From positions 99,275-163,274 of the forward strand of contig QPMI01000642.1 in assembly GCA_004431415.1 (NCBI GenBank): a stretch of 64,000 nt of DNA, read 5' to 3'. The notes under the pieces were generated by a model. That model saw only the letters and a program-made list of their open reading frames with translations, made no database searches and had not been told where the DNA came from. The stretch is from Cyanophora paradoxa CCMP329. Its lineage: Eukaryota > Plantae > Glaucophyta. The position numbers and the translations under genes were made by a program. Shown here in pieces: positions 51,164 to 64,000 of the stretch (positions within the stretch are counted from its first letter, which is position 1; the number at the start of each line of letters is the position of its first letter).

Positions 51164-52908
51164 ATGTCCTCGGGGACCGGAGCCTCCGCGGAGTTCGTCG
51201 TCCGGGCCGCGCACGCGCGTGGCGCCGCCGACATGGACTCTATGAGCGGATCAAATGTTTTGCAATGGATCCAGAGCCTGCCGAAGCTGCCGCCGGGCAG
51301 CGATCAGCGCACGGTTCAGGACCACCTCCGCCAGTTCGAGAGCTGCGCGAGCATGAGCAAGGACTTGCTCAGTGTCTCGCCGACTGCACACATTGAAGTG
51401 CAGAAGCGAACTGGGTGGGCTCTTCTCGGCACGCTAGATCACGGGCACCCCGTGCGCCAGAACATCTCGCTGTTCCAGAGCGCCGAGCAGATCGACACTC
51501 GCGAGCTCGAGAAGCTGAAGGCGTACCGGGCCGAGCGTGCGCGCACGAGCACGGCGGACCCGCGAGACGTCGCTATCCTCGAGACGCTCGACGAGAAGAT
51601 CGCGCAAGCCGAGGAGGGCTTGCAGCGGACCGCCCTCACGGTCACGTACACCGCGATCAGGCGCCGTCTCGAAGATGACGCCGAGATGCGGAACCCTGAC
51701 CGGTACAAGGCGCTCCTCGACCTGCCGCACGTGGGCGAGGCGCCGGAGGCGTTCTACCGCCGAATCCTCGACTTGAGCATCATCCCGGAGTGCCGCGAGG
51801 CGCACGAGACGCCGCTCATGGCACTCATGCGCCACGCGGGCCAAATGCTCAAGCGCCGCACTCGCAATCAGTGCCGCGATTTCGAAGATTCCGAGATTTC
51901 GGACACCGATCGCCGGCACATGATGACGAACTTCTCCACGGCTCGGAAGATCTACGACGAGCTGTCGCAGAAGATCGCGGACCGCGAGATCACGGGACCC
52001 TCTGCGGTCATCGACCTTGTAACCAAGCGCACCAATGAACTGGGCGCCTGGGACGTCGATATCTCTAAAGTCCCCGGTTCGGCCTTGGTGCTGGGAGCGC
52101 GCGGAACGCCGCTGCAGGCGCCCACGGCTGCCTCGCGCACGCCGCAGAGCGCGCCGCCGATCACGCACACGCCAGCTGTCCCCGCCGTCACCTCGCGCTC
52201 GAACGCGGGCGCCGGCGCGGGCACGCGCATCATGCTCGCGACGACGGTGTCGGAAGCCGAGCTCGCGGAGCTCGAGGCCGCCGCTTACGGATTGGACGCG
52301 GACGACGCCGAGGATCAGACCACTGAGGTCATCTCGTTCCTGCAGTTCATTGCTCAGGACGAACCCCTCGTCGTAGTCCGCGCGCTCTACCCGTCGGCGT
52401 CCGCACCGCCGCCCCGCCTCGACGACCCGGTCTATCAGCAGAAGATCAAAGACTTCCTGAAGGCCCGGGGCCTCCCCGAGAAGCCCCGGCGGCCGTGCCA
52501 CTGCGGCGGGTCGCACTACTCGTTTGAGTGTCAGACCAACCCGCGGCCCCTGCCCGAGTGGTCGGCGATCAACCCGGCCAAGCGCCGCGGGCCAACGGGC
52601 GCGGGCGCCGGTGACCCGAAGCGCCGGTTCTACCCCGCGCCGCAGGGCGGGAACGGCCGCTCGAGCCCCCCGCCTCAGCCGGCCGCAGGAAGCCGGGCGT
52701 GCTACAACTGCGGCAAACCCGGCCACCTGGCCGCGTCTTGCCCGGCCCAGGCGCAGACGCTCGAGGCCGCCGTACGCCGCGCGCTCGCGGACCACGCCGC
52801 CGCCGCGGCCCGCCGCCTGCGACGCCGGCGCCCTGGGCCGACCCCAACGCCTTCATGATCGCGCGCGCCATGCTCGAGCAGGCTGCCCGCGGTGGCGCCG
52901 CAGGCCCG
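51164..52908 (+). mobile_element. gag: Retrotransposon gag-like ORF (CCHC knuckle), interrupted at its 3' end by the next element
   Basis: Intronless 564-aa ORF with CYNCGKPGHLAASC (CX2CX4HX4C) and a second Cys/His cluster CHCGGSHYSFEC. No pol is visible in the window. Confidence 0.72.
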
Positions 52909-55429
52909 TTTACGCCTCGCTTCATTCGAATGCAGAAGACCTAGCTATCTTACGCCTGGCACTACTTAGCTAGATGCACGGGATAGCGCATCGGTTGGGC
53001 CCTGAGGTACGGCAGCTCTATATGGCTGCTTTCCCGGGAACCACGTATCATAATACGTTGGCGATCGACCAGGGCGGATCGCCGTATGCCATTCCGGCCT
53101 CGCCCTTGCGAGTTCCGGAACAAGAACTCTCCGGGGTAAGCGCGCTAGGCGCCTGTACCCCGGGAGGGCCGTTGCGGGCCGAGACGGTGTACCCCGCTCG
53201 GGGTACTCCGCTCGGGCCGTCGCGGGGCCGATCGGGGTACCCCGCTCGGGGTACACTTGATCGGGGCCGCTCTGACGCCGTACCCCTCTCCGGGGTATGC
53301 GTTCGGCCTCGGGCCGCGCCTTGTGGGGCCGGTTGGGGCGAACGGCGTACCCCGGGGAGGGGTACGCGGTTTCTTCCGGGTTCGGGGATCCGAAGCCGGG
53401 TACCGCCGCCGGAGGCCGCGGGGGTGAGCGTAGCGAACGCAGCACGAATGCAGTACCCCCTACCACACGCGTAGCGTGCCCGTCGTCCGCAGACGACCAT
53501 GAGACCAAGGAGTCGTACAACATACGACAACCGCGGCTCATCCAAAAACCAACAGGGTTCCGAATCATGCGCGAAGTCTCCCCCCGCGCCGGGGCGGTAG
53601 ACTCAAAAACCAGCAAGTTACTAAGTTACCGCGGGAAAAACAAAACCGCGTAACGGTCATGCGCGCTGGACCCCGGCTCGGCACCCGCGGGTCCAGAGGA
53701 AAACAGGGTACAACCCAGCGGGAAAAACTCGAGATTCTCCACGAAGCCGCGCGACTGTTTCTTGGGGGCGCGCTGGACCCCGGCCCGGCGCCGGCACAAG
53801 TGGGTCCAGCGGACGCGCGTGGAAACACGAATGACGACCGGTACACCGAGTCTGCGCGGTTCGTGCCCGAATCTTCGACGGAACCATTGCAAATTACCAC
53901 GGATCAGCTGTGCACAACCACGTCCGCGCTGGTGGTCGGCACCGAGCGGGAGTAACATCCGGAACCGTGTGCACAGGAGACGGCAAGGAACCACGTATTA
54001 TAATACCCTCGGCGAACGCTGGCGCTGGTCGCCGTGTGCATCGCCTTTTCGCGCGAACTTTTCGCGGTGCCGGGGCTCGCTGGGTGGCGAGGATCGGCGC
54101 CCCGGAAGGAAAAATCGCGGGGAGGTGGGCGGGAGCGATTTCGCTTCGCCGCTGGTCGCTTCGTGGCCTGGGGCGGCCGCGAGCGAAGCTGGGCGTGAAG
54201 GGAAACCCCGAATCAGCGTACCCCCCCGGAGCTCGGCGGCTTCAAGCCTGCCGGCTCGGCCCAACGGCTAGCTCAGCTAGTTCCTTGCGGGACGCTCGCT
54301 GCAGCCTGCTGCTTATCCCGTGCTCGCCTCGCGCCGCTCCGCGGCTAGCGAGTCGCTCAGCTCTTTCGTGCCTGGCGCTCGGCTTCGGTCTTCTTTGTTC
54401 GCATTCCGTCGGCGCAAAACTCGATTTACGCATTGAGAGCGCAAATCCCGATTTACGCCTCGCTTCATTCGAATGCAGAAGACCTAGCTATCTTACGCCT
54501 GGCACTACTTAGCTAGATGCACGGGATAGCGCATCGGTTGGGCCCTGAGGTACGGCAGCTCTATATGGCTGCTTTCCCGGGAACCACGTATCATAATACG
54601 TTGGCGATCGACCAGGGCGGATCGCCGTATGCCATTCCGGCCTCGCCCTTGCGAGTTCCGGAACAAGAACTCTCCGGGGTAAGCGCGCTAGGCGCCTGTA
54701 CCCCGGGGAGGGCCGTTGCGGGCCGAGACGGTGTACCCCGCTCGGGGGTACTCCGCTCGGGCCGTCGCGGGGCCGATCGGGGTACCCCGCTCGGGGGTAC
54801 ACTTGATCGGGGCCGCTCTGACGCCGTACCCCTCTCCGGGGTATGCGTTCGGCCTCGGGCCGCGCCTTGTGGGGCCGGTTGGGGCGAACGGCGTACCCCG
54901 GGGAGGGGTACGCGGTTTCTTCCGGGTTCGGGGATCCGAAGCCGGGTACCGCCGCCGGAGGCCGCGGGGGTGAGCGTAGCGAACGCAGCACGAATGCAGT
55001 ACCCCCTACCAAACAAGAGTCAGGTCACAGCCAGCCAGAATAGCATACATAGGAACAAAGTGAGCAAGAGGGCGAAGGTTGTTTCGCCCTCCCCCTTCCC
55101 CCCTCTCCTTCCTCCTTCCCTGCCACCCCCGTGTCCCAGACGCTAGGTCTCCCTCTCCCAGCGCACTGCGCTGTAGGAGGAACGGGCAGAGAGCGTGAAT
55201 TCGGACAAACAACATGGGGCCGGGGCAGGCCAAGACGCCCGAGGTAACGAGCCGGCACAGAAGGCTGGGGGTTCTCGCCGTACCCCTGTGGGACAGTCGA
55301 CGAACCGGGGCGGCGCTTGATAGTTGCGCCGCCAGATCCCCGCCGCCGACAAGTCATGCTGGGCGGTGCGGGCCAGGGGCGCGCTTACGGGTGGGGGGCG
55401 GGCAAGGCGGTCGCCCTGCGCGTCGGCGT

Positions 55430-58400
55430 GAAGTCGCGCGAGGCCGTTGCGGACCTCGGGGCCGCGGCGGAATCGAACGCCATCCCAGCCGGTGAGCACC
55501 GAAAGCGAGCCCACCACCGTCCTGCCTGTGCAAGCAGGTTAGGCGGCGGAAGCGCGCCGCGCGGAGTCGTGGGGCCGCGTAAGACCGCGGGAGCGGTCGC
55601 GGGCCTCAGGGCCTGGAGCGCCCGTGGAACGGCACCGCGGGCGAGCCAGCGGTCAGCCCACCCTGCGCCAGCAGGCGAGGCGGCGGCGGCTTGGGGCCGC
55701 GCAAGGGCGTTGCGGACCTCGGGGCGGTGGTGGGGCCATGAGCTCCAGCAGGAGAGCTCTGCTGGCGAGCCAGAGGCCGGCCCGCCCTGCGCAAGCAGGT
55801 TATGCGGCGGCGGCGAGTTCAGTGGCGGCGCGGGGACGCGCGGGGTCGCTGCAGACCTCGGGGCGGGGGTGGAGCCTTGAGCTCCAGTCAGGAAGCGTCG
55901 CGGGCGAGCTAGAGGCCGGCCCGCCCTACGCAAGCTGGGGGAGCGACGGCAGCGGGTCGAGCGGTAGTGTGGGCCGCGCGAGGTCGCTTCAGACCTCGGG
56001 GAGGTGGTGGAGCCTCGAGCTCCAGCCGGGGAGCGCCGCGGGCATGCCGGAGGCCGGTCCGCCTTGCGTACGCAGGTCAGGCGGCGGCGGCGGGCCGAGC
56101 TGTGGCATGGGGCCACGCGAGGTCGCCACGGACCTTGGGGCGGCGGCGGAGCTTTTGAGCTCCAGTAGGAGGCGCTGCGGGCGAGCCAGCGGCCGGCCCG
56201 CCCTGCGCAAGCAGGTCGGGCGGCGGCAGCGAGCCGAGCGGTGGCGCGGGACCACGCGAGGTCGCAGTAGACCTCGGTGTAGCGGCGGGGCCTGGAGCTT
56301 CAGCCAGGGGGCCTTGCGGGCGAGCCAGGGGCCGGCCCGCCCTGCGCAAGCAGGCGAGGCGGCGGCGGTGAGCCGAGCGGCGGCGCGGGGCCGCGCGAGG
56401 CCGTGAGGACCTCGGGGCAGCGGTGGAGCCCTGGGCTCCAGCCGGAGAGCGCGGCAGGCGAGCCAGCGGCCGGCCCGCCCTGCGCAAGCAGGTCAGGCGG
56501 CGGCGGCGGTCGAGCGGCGGCGCGGGACCCGCGCAAGGCCGTGACGGACCTCGGGGCGGAGGCGGAGCCCTGGGCTCCAGCCGGAGAGCGCCGCAGGCGA
56601 GCCAGCGGTCGGCCCGCCCTGCGCAAGCGGTCAGGCGGCGGCGGCGGGTGGCGCGGCGGTGCGGGCCGCGCGAGGTCGGTTTCGGACCTCGGGGCGGAGG
56701 TGGAGCCGTAGGGCTCCAGCCGGAGAGCGCGGCAGGCGAGCCAGCGGCTGGCCCGCCCTGCGCAAGCCGGTCAGGCGGCGGCGGCGGATCGAGCGGCGGC
56801 GCGGGGGCCGCGCGAGGCCGTGAAGGACTTCGGGGCGGCGGTGGGGCCTTGGGCTCCATCCGGAGAGCGCGGCGGACGAGCCAGCGGCCGGCCCGTCCTG
56901 CGCCAGCGGGTCAGGCAGTGGCGGTACGCCGAGCTGCAGCGCGGGGCCGCGCGAGGCCGTGACGGACCTCGGGGCAGCGGTGGAGCCCTGGGCTCCAGCC
57001 GGGGAGCGCTGCATGCGCGCCAGCGGCCGGCCCGCCCTGCGCAAGCAGGTTATGCGGCGGCGGTGGGTCGAGCGGCAGCGCGGGGCCGCGCGAGACCGTG
57101 ACGGACCTCGGGGCGGAGGTAGCGCCCTGGGCTCCAGCCGGGGAGCGCTGTATGCAAGCCAGCGGCCGGCCCGCTCTGCGCAAGCAGGTTACGCGGCAGC
57201 GGCGGGACGAGTGGTGGTGCAGGGCCGCATGAGGCCGTGAACGTACCTCGGGGCGGAGGTGGAGCCCTGGGCCTCGGCCAGGGAGCGCTGCATGCGAGCA
57301 AGCGGCCGGCCCGCCCTGCGCAGGCAGATTACGCGGCGGTGGCGGGACGAGCGGCAGCGCGGGGCCGCGCGAGGCCGTGACGGGCAGCGGGGCGGAGGTG
57401 GGGCCCTGGGCTCCAGCCGGGAAGCGCTGCATGCGAGCCAGCGGCCGGCCCGCCCTGCGCAGGCAGGTCAGGCAGTGGCGGTACGCCGAGCTGCAGCGCG
57501 GGCCGCGCGAGGCCGTGACGGACCTCGGGGCGCAGGTGGGGCCTGGGCTCCAGCCGGGGAGCGCCGCAGGCGAGCCAGCGGCCGGCCCGCCCTGCGCAAG
57601 CAGGGTATGCGGCGGCGGCGGGTCGAGCGGCAGCCCGGGGCCGCGCGAGGCCGTGACGGACCTCGGGGCGGCGGTGGCGCCTTGAGCTCCAGCCGGGGAG
57701 CGCTGCAGGCGAGCCAGCGGCCGGCCCGCCCTGCGCAAGCAGGTGATGCGGCGGCGGCGGGTCGAGCAGCAGCGCGGGGCCGCTCGAGGCCGTGACTGAC
57801 CTCGGGGCGGAGGTGGAGCCCTGAGCTCCGTCCAGGAAGCGTTGCATACGAGCCAGCGGCCAGCCCGCCCTGCGCAAGCAGGGTATGCGGCGGCGGCGAG
57901 TCGAGCGGCAGCGCGGGGCTGGGCGAGGCCGAGACGGACCTCGGGGAGGCGGTGGCGCCTTGAGCTCCAGCCGGGGAGCGCTACGGACGAGCCAGCACCC
58001 TGCCCGCCCTGCGCAAGCAGGTTATGCGGCGGCGGCGGGTCGAGCGGCAGCACAGGGGCGCGCGAGGCCGTGGCGGACCTCGGGGCAGCGGTGGAGCCCT
58101 GGGCTCCAGCCGAGGAGCGCTGCATGCGCGCCAGCGGCCGGCCCTGCGCAGGCAGGTTATGCGGCGGCGGCGGGTCGAGCAGCAGCGCGGGGCCGCGCGA
58201 GGCCGTGACGGACCTCGGGGCGGAGGTGGAGCCCTGGGCTCCAGCCGGGGGCGCTGCATGCGAGCCAGCGGCCGGCCCGCCCTGCGCAAGCAGGTCAGGC
58301 GGCAGCGGCGTGTCGAGCGGCGGCGCGGGGTCGCGCGAAGCCGTGACGGACCTCGGGGCGGAGGTGGAGCCCTGGGCTCCAGCCGGGGAGCGCTGTATGC

Positions 58401-60730
58401 GAGCCAGCGGCCGGCCCGCCCTGCGCAAGCAGGTTTTTCGGCGGCGGCTGGTCGAGCGGCAGTGCGGGGCCGCGCGAGGTCGTTTTCGGACCTCGGGCGG
58501 AGGTGGAGCCCTGGGCTCCAGCGGGGAGCGCCGCAGGCAAGCCAGCGCCGGCCCGCCCTGCGCAAGCAGTTCAGGCGGCGGTGCCACGGTGGCGGGTTGA
58601 GCGGCGGTGCGGGGGCCGCGCGAGGCCGTGACGGACCTCGGGGCAGCGGTGGAGCCCTGGGCTCCAGCCGGAGAGCGCGGCAGGCGAGCCAGCGGCCGGC
58701 CCGCCCTGCGCAAGCAGGTCAGGCGGCGGCGGCGGGTCGAGCGGCGGTGCGGGGGCCGCGCGAGGCCGTGACGGACCTCGGGGCAGCGGTGGAGCCCTGG
58801 GCTCCAGCCGGAGAGCGCGGCAGGCGAGCCAGCGGCCGGCCCGCCCTGCGCCAGCAGGTCAGGCGGCGGCGGCGGGTCGAGCGGCGGCGCGGGGGCCGCG
58901 CGAGGCCGTGACGGACCTCGGGGCGGAGGCGGAGCCCTGGGCTCCAGCCGGAGAGCGCCGCAGGCGAGCCAGCGGTCGGCCCGCCCTGCACCCGTAGGTC
59001 AGGCGGCGGCGGCGGGTGGCGCGGCGGTGCGGGGCCGCGCGAGGTCGTTTTCGGACCTCGGGGCGGAGGTGGAGCCCTGGGCTCCAGACGGGGAGCGCCG
59101 CAGGCGAGCCAGCGGTCGGCCCGCCCTGCGCAAGCAGGTCAGGCGGCGGCGGCGGTTCGAGTGGCAGCGCGGGCCGCGCGAGGCCGTGACGGACCTCTGG
59201 GCGGAGGTGGAGCCCTGGGCTCCAGCCGGAGAGCGCGGCAGGCGAGCCAGCGGCCGGCCCGCCCTGCGCAAGCAGGTCAGGCGGCGGCGGCGGGTCGAGC
59301 GGCGGCGCGGGGGCCGCGCGAGGCCGTGACGGACCTCGGGGCGGAGGCGGAGCCCTTGGCTCCAGCCGGGGAGCGCCGCAGGCGAGCCAGCGGTCGGCCC
59401 GCCCTGCGCAAGCAGGTCAGGCGGCGGCGGCGGGTGCGCGGCGGTGCGGGGCCGCGCGAGGCCGTTTTCGGACCTCGGGACGGAGGTGGAGCCTGGGCTC
59501 CAGCCGGGGAGCGCCGCAGGCGAGCCAGCGGTCGGCCCGCCCTGCGCAAGCAGGTCAGGTGGCGGCGGCGGGTGGCGCGGCGGTGCGGGGCCGCGCGAGG
59601 CCGTTTTCGGACCTCGGGCGGAGGCGGAGCCCTGGGCTCCAGCCGGAGAGCGCCGCAGGCGAGCCAGCGGTCGGCCCGCCCTGCGCAAGCAGGTCAGGCG
59701 GCGGCGGCGGGTGGCGCGGCGGTGCGGGGCCGCGCGAGGCCGTTTTCGGACCTCGGGACGGAGGTGGAGCCCTGGGCTCCAGCCGGGGAGCGCGGCAGGC
59801 GAGCCAGCGGTCGGCCCGCCCTGCGCGAGCAGGTCAGGCGGCGGCGGCGGGTGGCGCGGCGGTGCGGGGCCGCGCGAGGTCGTTTTCGGACCTCGGGACG
59901 GAGGTGGACCCTGGTGGAGCCTTGGGCTCCAGCCGGGGAGCGCTGCGTGCGAGCCAGCGGCCGGCCCGCTCTGCGCAAGCAGGTCCGGCGGCGGCGGCGG
60001 TTCGAGTGGCAGCGCGGGGCCGCGCGAGGCCGTGACGGACCTCTGGGCGGAGGTGGAGCCCTGGGCTCCAGCCGGAGAGCGCGGCAGGCGAGCCAGCGGC
60101 CGGCCCGCCCTGCGCAAGCAGGTCAGGCGGCGGCGGCGGGTCGAGCGGCGGTGCGGGGGCCGCGCAAGGCCGTGACGGACCTCGGGGCGGAGGTGGAGCC
60201 CTGGGCTCCAGCCGGGGAGCGCCGCAGGCGAGCCAGCGGTCGGCCCGCCCTGCGCAAGCAGGTCAGGTGGCGGCGGCGGGTGGCGCGGCGGTGCGGGGCC
60301 GCGCGAGGCCGTTTTCGGACCTCGGGACGGAGGCGGAGCCCTGGGCTCCAGCCGGAGAGCGCCGCAGGCGAGCCAGCGGTCGGCCCGCCCTGCGCAAGCA
60401 GGTCAGGCGGCGGCGGCGGGTGGCGCGGCGGTGCGGGGCCGCGCGAGGCCGTTTTCGGACCTCGGGACGGAGGTGGAGCCCTGGGCTCCAGCCGGGGAGC
60501 GCGGCAGGCGAGCCAGCGGTCGGCCCGCCCTGCGCGAGCAGGTCAGGCGGCGGCGGCGGGTGGCGCGGCGGTGCGGGGCCGCGCGAGGTCGTTTTCGGAC
60601 CTCGGGACGGAGGTGGACCTGGTGGAGCCTTGGGCTCCAGCCGGGGAGCGCTGCGTGCGAGCCAGCGGCCGGCCCGCTCTGCGCAAGCAGGTCCGGCGGC
60701 GGCGGCGAGCCGAGCGGCGGTGCGGGGGTT
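55430..60730. repeat. GC-rich tandem array, ~140-bp unit, about 38 copies
   Basis: cgaggccgtgacggacctcgggg recurs at 58621, 58761, 58901 and onward. Each unit contains the palindrome GGAGCCC-T-GGGCTCC. Confidence 0.93.
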
Positions 60731-61126
60731 GCGCAAGGGCGCGGCGCGGATGCGCGGAAGGTCGCCAGCAGGCCGACTCGCAGCGAGATCTAGAGCGCAA
60801 GCGGGGACCGTAGTCCGCAGCGTAACGCGCCACTGGGGCAGCGGCAGCACTGCGGTAGCGGAAGCGCCAGCCTGGCAGCTGCAGCTGCGGGCGCCGGCTG
60901 ACTCGAGCTCGAGGCTCGAGCTCGCACTGCGGCACTGCGGCTGTACTGCCACTGCAGACTGCGCATGCCGTGCGGCGCCGCAGCGGCGGCAGCGGATCCC
61001 CCGGAAGTGACCGCCTCAGCGGCCTGGCACTGCAGTGCGGCAGTGAGACCGCGCGGCGCCGGCGCGGCCCGCGCGGGACCGCGGGTCCGGCGGCTCCGGC
61101 CGCCGGCCGGTACAACGGGTACGTCC

Positions 61127-61222
61127 GTTGTTTTTTGTTTTTGTTTGTTTTTGTTTTTGTTTTAAGGTCGAGTCAATCCTTGAATCGACTAGAATTGACC
61201 AAAACAAAAAACAAACAAAACA
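61127..61222. repeat. AT-rich inverted repeat (TTTTG)n...ggtc / gacc...(CAAAA)n
   Basis: Complementary T/G-rich and C/A-rich arms surround a ~30-nt spacer, between the two tandem arrays. Confidence 0.7.
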
Positions 61223-61534
61223 CTCTGCGATCGCGATCGATCGCGAGGCTGTACGTATATATACGTAGCAATAGCGGTCGCGCCAGCAGCGCTACCTATA
61301 GCTATAGGGCCAGTATAGGCTACCATAGCCTAGTAGCGCTAGCGGCTAGCTAGTCCGCAGCGAGCTCCGAGGCTCGAGACGCGCCATGGCCAGCGGTGGC
61401 AGTGGGCCGACCAGTACGGACTACGTATAGTCGTCGTATACTCGCAGCGCGCGCGCCAGCGAGAGCTGTAGCCTAGTAGTCCGCAGCGTAAGTTGCTGCG
61501 TAACGCACTCCGGAATCCGGATCCGAGTCCGAGT

Positions 61535-63145
61535 CCGGGGCCCGCAGCGCGCACGCTCGCGGGCCGTCTCGCAGCGGGACGCACGCGAGGTCCGTACTCC
61601 GGCGTGCACGTGAAGCTCTGGGGCCACAGCGAGGCGCACGCGGCCCGAGCTCCGCGCACGGGGGCCCACGGCGACGAACGCTCGCCGGCGCGGGCCCATC
61701 TCACAGCGAGGCGCTCGCGAGATCCGTGCACCTGGTGGAAGCTCGCCGGCCGCGGGTGCGGCCGGGATCCGCCGGGGCGGATCGGGCCACAGCGAGAGTC
61801 GCGCGCGGCCTCCGAACTCCGAGCTCGAGTATATATATATACATATATATACGTACAGGGCCCACAGCGCGCACGCTCGCGGGCCGGCGCCGTCTCGCAG
61901 CGATCGAGGCGCGCACGAGAGCCGTACTCCGGGATCCGGCCGCGGGGTGAAGCTCTGGGGCCACAGCGAGGCGCACGCGGCCCGAGCTCCGCGCACGGGG
62001 GCCCACAGCGACGAACGCTCGCGGGCCCATCTCACAGCGAGGCGCTCGCGAGGCCCGTGCTCCTGGTGGAAGTTCGCCGGCCGCGGGTGCGGCCGGAATC
62101 CGCCGGGGCGGATCGGGCCACAGCGAGAGTCGCGCGCGGCCTCCGAACCCGAGTACAGGGCCCACAGCGCGCACGCTCGCGGGCCGTCTCGCAGCGATCG
62201 AGGCGCACGCGAGAGCCGTACTCCGGGGTGAAGCTCTGGGGCCACAGCGAGACGCACGCGGCCCCGGAGCTCCGCGCACGGGGGCCCACAGCGACGAACG
62301 CTCGCGGGCCCATCTCACAGCGAGGCGCTCGCGAGATCCGTGCACCTGGTGGAAGCTCGCCGGCCGCGGGTGCGGCCGGGATCCGCCGGGGCGGATCGGG
62401 CCACAGCGAGAGTCGCGCGCGGCCTCCGAACTCCGAGTATATATATATACATATATATACGTACAGGGCCCACAGCGCGCACGCTCGCGGGCCGGCGCCG
62501 TCTCGCAGCGATCGAGGCGCGCGCGAGAGCCGTACTCCGGGGTGAAGCTCTGGGGCCACAGCGAGGCGCACGCGGCCCGAGCTCCGCGCACGGGGGTCCA
62601 CAGCGACGAACGCTCGCGGGCCCATCTCACAGCGAGGCGCTCGCGAGACCCGTGCTCCTGGTCGAAGTTCGCCGGCCGCGGGCGCGGCCGGGATCCGCCG
62701 GGGGGCGGAGCGGGCCACAGCGAGAGTCGCGCGCGGCCTCCGAACTCCGAGTAGGGGGCCCACAGCGCGAGGCGCACGCGGGCCGTCCCGCAGCGCGAGG
62801 CGCGCGCGGGAGTCGAATTCGAAGGCCAGGTTGGGAGTTCGCCGGCCGCGGGAGCGGCCGGTGCCGCTGGAGCGGTCCGGGGCCACAGCGGGGCGCACGC
62901 GGCCCCAGAACTCCTTGCACGGGGGCCCACAGCGCCGAGCGCACGCGGGCCCATCTCACAGCGAGGCGCTCGCGAGATCCGTGCTCCTGGTGGAAGTTCG
63001 CCGGCCGTGGTCGCGGCCGGAATCCGCCGGGGCGGATCGGGCCACAGCGAAGGTCGCGCGCGGCCTCCGAACTCCGAGTACGGGGCCCACAGCGCGAGGC
63101 GCACGCGGGCCGCCCCGCAGCGCGAGGCGCACGCGGGAGCCGTAC
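61535..63145. repeat. Tandem array, ~280-340-bp unit, about 5 copies, built from CCACAGCG sub-repeats
   Basis: gtgaagctctggggccacagcga starts at ~61610, 61947, 62228 and 62542, with a degenerate copy near 62870. Confidence 0.88.
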
Positions 63146-64000
63146 TAGTACTCCGTCGCCTCCCCGAGCCGCGCGAGCGGCTGGGCACCGTCCGTCGGTG
63201 GATCACGCGTAAGGCACGATCCAAGCCCCGACTTCGCGGTGGGTCTGCAGCGCGCGCGCCAGCAGGCCGGGGCAGGCCTGCGCGAGCTCCGCCGGCGTGG
63301 CACAGCGGCGGTGTCGACGTCCGGGGCGAGCGCCGAGGAGCTCCGGAGCATGCGCGCAGGAATTGGTCAGGGATCCGGAGGAATCGCGCGGCGGGTCTCA
63401 ATACACGCTTATAGAGTGTATAGGCAAGCCGGCGGCCGCGGACTGACGGTGGGCCCCCGGGATAGCCAGCGGCGCGGGATGCGAGCGTGGCGGGCGGGCC
63501 CGGACGTGAATCCACGTACCGGCACGGCAGTAAGGAACCAGATTCAGCGTGAATCGGGGCCCGAGGCCGATTCCGGGAGGATCGCTGGAACAGGGTTTGC
63601 GCCGGCCAGCCATCGAGCATGCGCAGTTGCTGCCCGGGATCGCGCTCCACTGCAGCTATGGCGAGCCGTGGTGCTGCAGATTGGTCAGCTCTGTGCAATT
63701 GGAGGGACGCCGGGAAGTGCGGCCGCCGGTCCGACAGGGCTGCTTAGGAGTGATTGCAGTGCTGGCTGTGGCGATTTCGCTTCGCCGCTGGTGCTTCGTG
63801 GCCTGGGGCGGCCGCGAGCGAAGCTGGGCGTGAAGGGAAACCCGAATCAGCGTACCCCCGGAGCTCGGCGGCTTCAAGCTGCCGGCTCGGCCCAACGGCT
63901 AGCTCAGCTAGTTCCTTGCGGGACGCTCGCTGCAGCCTGCTGCTTATCCCGTGCTCGCTCGCGCCGCTCCGCGGCTAGCGGAGTCGCTCAGCTCTTTCGT

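Larger units (their letters stand above)
52909..64000 (-). mobile_element. Non-autonomous split-direct-repeat element (DIRS order, PAT/Ngaro/TOC1-like); one end beyond the window
   Basis: Repeat B lies at 52909-53465 and 54452-55011. Repeat A lies at 54135-54451 and 63771->64000. Minus-strand order is A1...B1A2..B2, with B1 and A2 abutting. No RT or tyrosine-recombinase ORF is recognisable. Confidence 0.62.

Noticed and set aside
55430-60730. CRISPR-like array (palindromic repeats)
   Set aside because: There are no unique spacers and no cas genes, and the context is eukaryotic. It is a tandem satellite.
55385-63698. 500-665-aa ORFs inside the tandem arrays
   Set aside because: They are open only because the GC-rich repeats lack stops. 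Unit lengths vary and are often not multiples of 3, so no frame is conserved.

Overview
Eukaryotic, GC-rich nuclear DNA with very short introns (about 50-80 nt, often GC-AG). The six-frame ORF track is therefore mostly shadow ORFs, and I rebuilt the real genes by reading splice sites. N-terminal 'MSCAFV' and 'MTGFIG' presequences suggest a glaucophyte-like alga such as Cyanophora (inference). Left to right: (1) a soluble-adenylyl-cyclase-like gene on the minus strand, running off the left edge; (2) a 10.5-kb block bounded by two direct copies of a hAT-type MITE, with a single 8-bp TSD on the outer ends only, i.e. a composite transposon; (3) a compact gene cluster encoding a Cys-module protein, a GNAT acetyltransferase, a DnaJ-type zinc-finger protein, a HIT hydrolase and MIP18/CIA2, the last with an AT-AC U12-type intron; (4) a MITE-rich spacer; (5) a ~13-kb gene of roughly 75-80 micro-exons, made of 15 tandem ~800-bp exon/intron cassettes, each encoding a ~100-aa 8-Cys module with a conserved frame and hypervariable loops (the most interesting feature); (6) a degenerate intron-containing zinc-knuckle gene; (7) a tRNA-headed SINE with a 17-bp TSD; (8) a gag ORF interrupted by a non-autonomous split-direct-repeat (DIRS/PAT/Ngaro-like) element filled with 140-bp and ~300-bp tandem arrays.
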